A DNA stretch of 51,289 nucleotides, counting the filler, from Stramenopiles sp. TOSAG23-6 (taxonomy: Eukaryota): NCBI GenBank assembly GCA_900128565.1. It is 2 parts of 2 records of this genome, joined end to end, with 100 filler letters (N's around TTAATTAATTAA, not from the genome) between each part and the next. Parts side by side here need not be neighbours in the genome. Positions count along the whole stretch, not along the records: positions 25,723 to 51,289 come from LT635995.1; 1 more part is not named here. One strand, given 5' to 3'. Positions 48,701 through 51,289 of the stretch are shown piece by piece. Positions within the stretch are counted from its first letter, which is position 1; the number at the start of each line of letters is the position of its first letter. A program made the translations under genes and the position numbers. The notes under the pieces were generated by a model that saw only the letters and a program-made list of their open reading frames with translations, was not told where the DNA came from and made no database searches.

Positions 48701-51209
48701 TAATAAGTCACACCAAGGAACCTCCACACAGGTTTGCTCCTGATCATTATGGGGAGCAAACCCCCCTAATGTCACGATTTCTTCACGAAGTGCGGCATTA
48801 GTTTCAATTCGCATCAGTAATTTCCACGCTAATGCAACCACGCCTTGCTTTGGTGAAGATAATAATCGAAACAATTCTGTAAAATATTCCTGATTCTTCG
48901 ACAACTCACGATTACCGAATTTACGTTCCATGTATTGTAGAAAAATATNTTTTTTTGATTTGTTTTTGTTAGGTACAAAATTTGGTATGAAAAAAATATT
49001 TTACATTCAATTTTGAAAACATACATCGATGGTATCGGAGGTAGAGCAACAAAAACAGCTACATGCCGTCTTGTGTCTTTGTTGGGTCTTGACATTAACG
49101 AAGCCTTCAAATCCCAGAATGCATCCGGAGTTCCTACGATTGAACCTAAAGACCTGTGATCATACGAACGAACAGACACGTCAATTTCATTGCGAAATCG
49201 CCCACACCCCACAGGCTGAGCCGTGAATCTAACACAAGAACCACCCTTAGGATGCCATATACCATACAGACGTCCAAAATCTGCAGCAACACGATCACGA
49301 AGTTCAGCGATAGTACAACTCTTGAGCATATAGTAGTGTAACTCCCGAGGTTCCCCATAGTTGCTCATTGCACCTTGAGGTGAATTATCTCCACCATTAG
49401 TTGGACTTCCGGTGGTGTTACCAATAGCATCAAAAGTTTCAGACGACATTTTCGGATTAGGTGGGACTAATTTCACTGCTACAAGATGTTCACGATTATA
49501 TTGAAAATCAGATTTCCACTGACCAGCAGGCATACCTCCACCTGTAGCTTGGCGAGGATTTGATAAGTCAGAAAGAAATAAACTTAATGCACAGAGAGCT
49601 CGCTCAACTGTTGTTTCAGTACCAACATATCCCAATCTGACCGAAGGAAGACGACTCAATCTTCGTTTCTTTGCATTTTTTTCTGAGCGGTCGGCGGCAG
49701 GATGATTTTCCCCAGAGAAGACTAGAACCCGCTTCCCTGGCGATCCATTTTCAGCAATATTATGAAGTTGCTCATCTCGCATTTTCTGTGCTTTTTCCTT
49801 CTTTTTCCTTTCACGACGACGTTCAAAATATCCTAGCATGCCTTTCTTTACCTTTTTACCCTTTGTATCATTATATACAATATCGTCTTTCGTGTGAGCC
49901 ATTTCTATAACATCTTCACGTAAAGTTTCTTGTTCCGCTGCGTTTTCGGCATCTTCTGCCCATGTCAAAGCACGATCATCTGATTCCCGAATAAATTTTG
50001 CAGCATCTTTACTCGAACACTTCCATATATCATCTCGGCCTTCTAACTGAACTAGAGACATTCCTACTGTTATACCTGCTACATCGAAAATTGATCCAGG
50101 TTGGACATATTGTACTGACAAACCGCGCGAACTATACCCGGCACAAAAACGGAGTCCTTGTCCCTGTATGCTTCCATCTGAAGCAGCGACAGCAACTTTT
50201 ACTATTACATAACTAGAACTCGAACGGAGACGCATTGGAGTTGGTGGAATTAAATTATTCTTTTCTTCGCCATTGGCAACAGATCTAATGAGTGTTTCAT
50301 TAGTAGAAGTTCCATTCAATAAATTATCAACCCCACCCATCATTCCATAAGCATTTTCGACACTACCACAATTTCCTCCACTCGCTTCAAACATAGCTCG
50401 TGCAATGAAGGATGACCATGCCTTATGCTTTACTGAAATTGGCATGTCTCTAGACAACCGCAAATGAAGAGAAGTAAGAAACGCACAAGCTCTAGTAGCC
50501 ACTTTTGCCTCAGGTGCACACAGACATAACTCCCATAATTTTTCTATTCCCAATAATGTAGATGGTAAATCAGTGACAACATAAGACGAATTTGATGCAG
50601 ACAATAATCGAGGGGAGGGTTGTCTATTCCATTTTTCTACAGACTTTTCATCATTTGAAATGTCTTGTTTATTGTTCTCATCAACCATGGACGACTCTCC
50701 ATCATTTTCGTGAATATCCATGATGCAAACGCTACTATCATTCATAGTTTCTACACTTTTATTCTTGTCTTTCATTGTAAATGGGCCTGTTTCGCCATTA
50801 ATGTAGCGCATATATTGTTCCAAACACTGATACCCTTCCACTGAAAAACGATCAGCAGGAGTCCGTAATAATAATCTAGAGTATACATGTTCTATAGTAG
50901 CAGAAGATGCAAAGGAAGAGCAAGACGATTTTACTGCTCCAGCGCTTTCACGGATTTCACGGGCTGCATACCGTCTATTTACTTTCAATAAATCTGAGAG
51001 CCATTTCGATACTTCTTCAGCTTCCTCATTACACAAAGGTGCAACCCAACATTCTTCGTATATCGATTCAGCTGTCCGAAAGTCAACTGTCGCAGCACCA
51101 CAGTGCATTACAGCATATTTGATAAACGCAAGTCTGGATCCAATATGCTCCTTATGAGATGCTTTAGAACCAATAGAATCAGCAAGAGGCAAATCTTGCC
51201 ATACAGAAG
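42708..51209 (-). CDS. USP9/USP24/USP34-like ubiquitin-specific protease, 5'-partial (exons 51209-49025, 48929-47893, 47796-47673, 47567-45035, 44943-43237, 43140-42919, 42818-42708; ~2,640 aa seen)
   Basis: Cys box GYVGLHNPCCICYMNS, QQDSTEYL, LMFVLKRFE, His box IHRGAFNSGHYFSY, WVEFND and AWKLLMRIET. All six complete family introns splice into one continuous frame. Confidence 0.9.
42819..42918 (-). other. GT-AT family intron 13 (100 nt)
   Basis: TGT|GTACGTTTTC...TTTTGTATCTAAC...TTTTCACAAAATAT|GCC opens a 37-codon last exon. Confidence 0.78.
43141..43236 (-). other. GT-AT family intron 14 (96 nt, stop-free, read through in the ORF track)
   Basis: CCT|GTACGTTTTT...TTTTGTACCTAAC...TTTTCACAAAACAT|GAA. 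Confidence 0.82.
44944..45034 (-). other. GT-AT family intron 15 (91 nt)
   Basis: AAT|GTATGTTTT...TTTTGTACCTAAC...TTTCCAAAATACAT|GGA gives PGTFINGSWIGLY. Confidence 0.87.
47568..47672 (-). other. GT-AT family intron 16 (105 nt)
   Basis: AT|GTATGTTTT...TTTTGTACCTAAC...TTTCCAAAATACAT|A gives MIIQHPVTE. Confidence 0.87.
47797..47892 (-). other. GT-AT family intron 17 (96 nt, degenerate branch motif)
   Basis: T|GTACGTTTT...ATATTTTCCACTATACAT|AT opens a stop-free 124-nt exon, phase-compatible with intron 16. Confidence 0.82.
48930..49024 (-). other. GT-AT family intron 18 (95 nt)
   Basis: AT|GTATGTTTTC...TTTTGTACCTAAC...TTCTACAATACAT|G gives PIPSMERKFG. Confidence 0.87.
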
Positions 51210-51289
51210 ACGTATTGTGAAAAAATAAAAAATAAAAAAATCGTTAGGTACGAAATTTCGTATGAAAAAAAAATTAAATTAGAAATTCA
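51210..51289 (-). other. Family intron 19 (5' end outside the window; apparent 3' end ...CACAATACGT)
   Basis: TACGAAATTTCGTACCTAAC...TTTTTCACAATACGT lies immediately upstream of the USP coding frame. The exact acceptor is inferred by analogy. Confidence 0.7.

Noticed and set aside
27929-49024. U12-type AT-AC introns
   Set aside because: There is no RTATCCTTT donor, the branch-to-acceptor distance is long, several copies lack a 5' AT, and the AT-AC register creates a stop at intron 6.
26756-51209. Pseudogenes or frameshifted genes suggested by the split ORFs
   Set aside because: Every break coincides with a family intron. Removal restores intact frames with conserved catalytic motifs.
25778-51209. 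Alternative genetic code
   Set aside because: TAA, TAG and TGA all terminate genes at expected positions (e.g. Elongin C TAG, kish TGA, USP TAA), and no in-frame stops remain after splicing.
25723-51289. CRISPR array or prokaryotic REP-like repeats for the recurring GTTAGGTACAAAA motif
   Set aside because: Copies are dispersed, intragenic, oriented with the host gene and in eukaryotic genes. There is no regular spacer structure and no cas genes.

Overview
AT-rich eukaryotic DNA, probably from a flagellated protist (IFT46 is present; a stramenopile-like origin is inference). Two contigs are joined by an artificial 100-bp spacer (44 N + TTAATTAATTAA + 44 N, 25623-25722). The left contig (1-25622) is one giant, apparently intronless minus-strand CDS of more than 8,500 aa, open at both ends and mostly missing from the ORF track. 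It is built from ~15-aa G-x-I-x-I-x-(S/T)-G beta-helix-like repeats, with an internal Peptidase_S74-type self-cleaving chaperone domain and small Cys-rich modules. The right contig (25723-51289) is gene-dense: IFT46, a PhnZ-like HD oxygenase, an Aa_trans transporter, a GT8 glycosyltransferase, kish/TMEM167, an orphan gene, a kinase with a signal peptide, an IQ/ankyrin protein, Elongin C, RhoGDI and a partial USP9/24/34-like deubiquitinase. Main discovery: these genes carry 19 near-uniform introns (17 complete, 88-114 nt; 2 truncated) with consensus GTAYGTTTT...TACSAAATTTYGTACCTAAC...ATATTTTTCACAATACAT. They end mostly in AT rather than AG (16 AT, 1 CT, 1 GT, 1 AG). Removing them at these boundaries restores every reading frame and conserved protein motifs. 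One ordinary GT-AG intron (in kish) coexists, so the GT-AT introns look like a distinct class, possibly spread by a transposon (introner). Splice sites are inferred from DNA only; RNA data are needed to confirm them.
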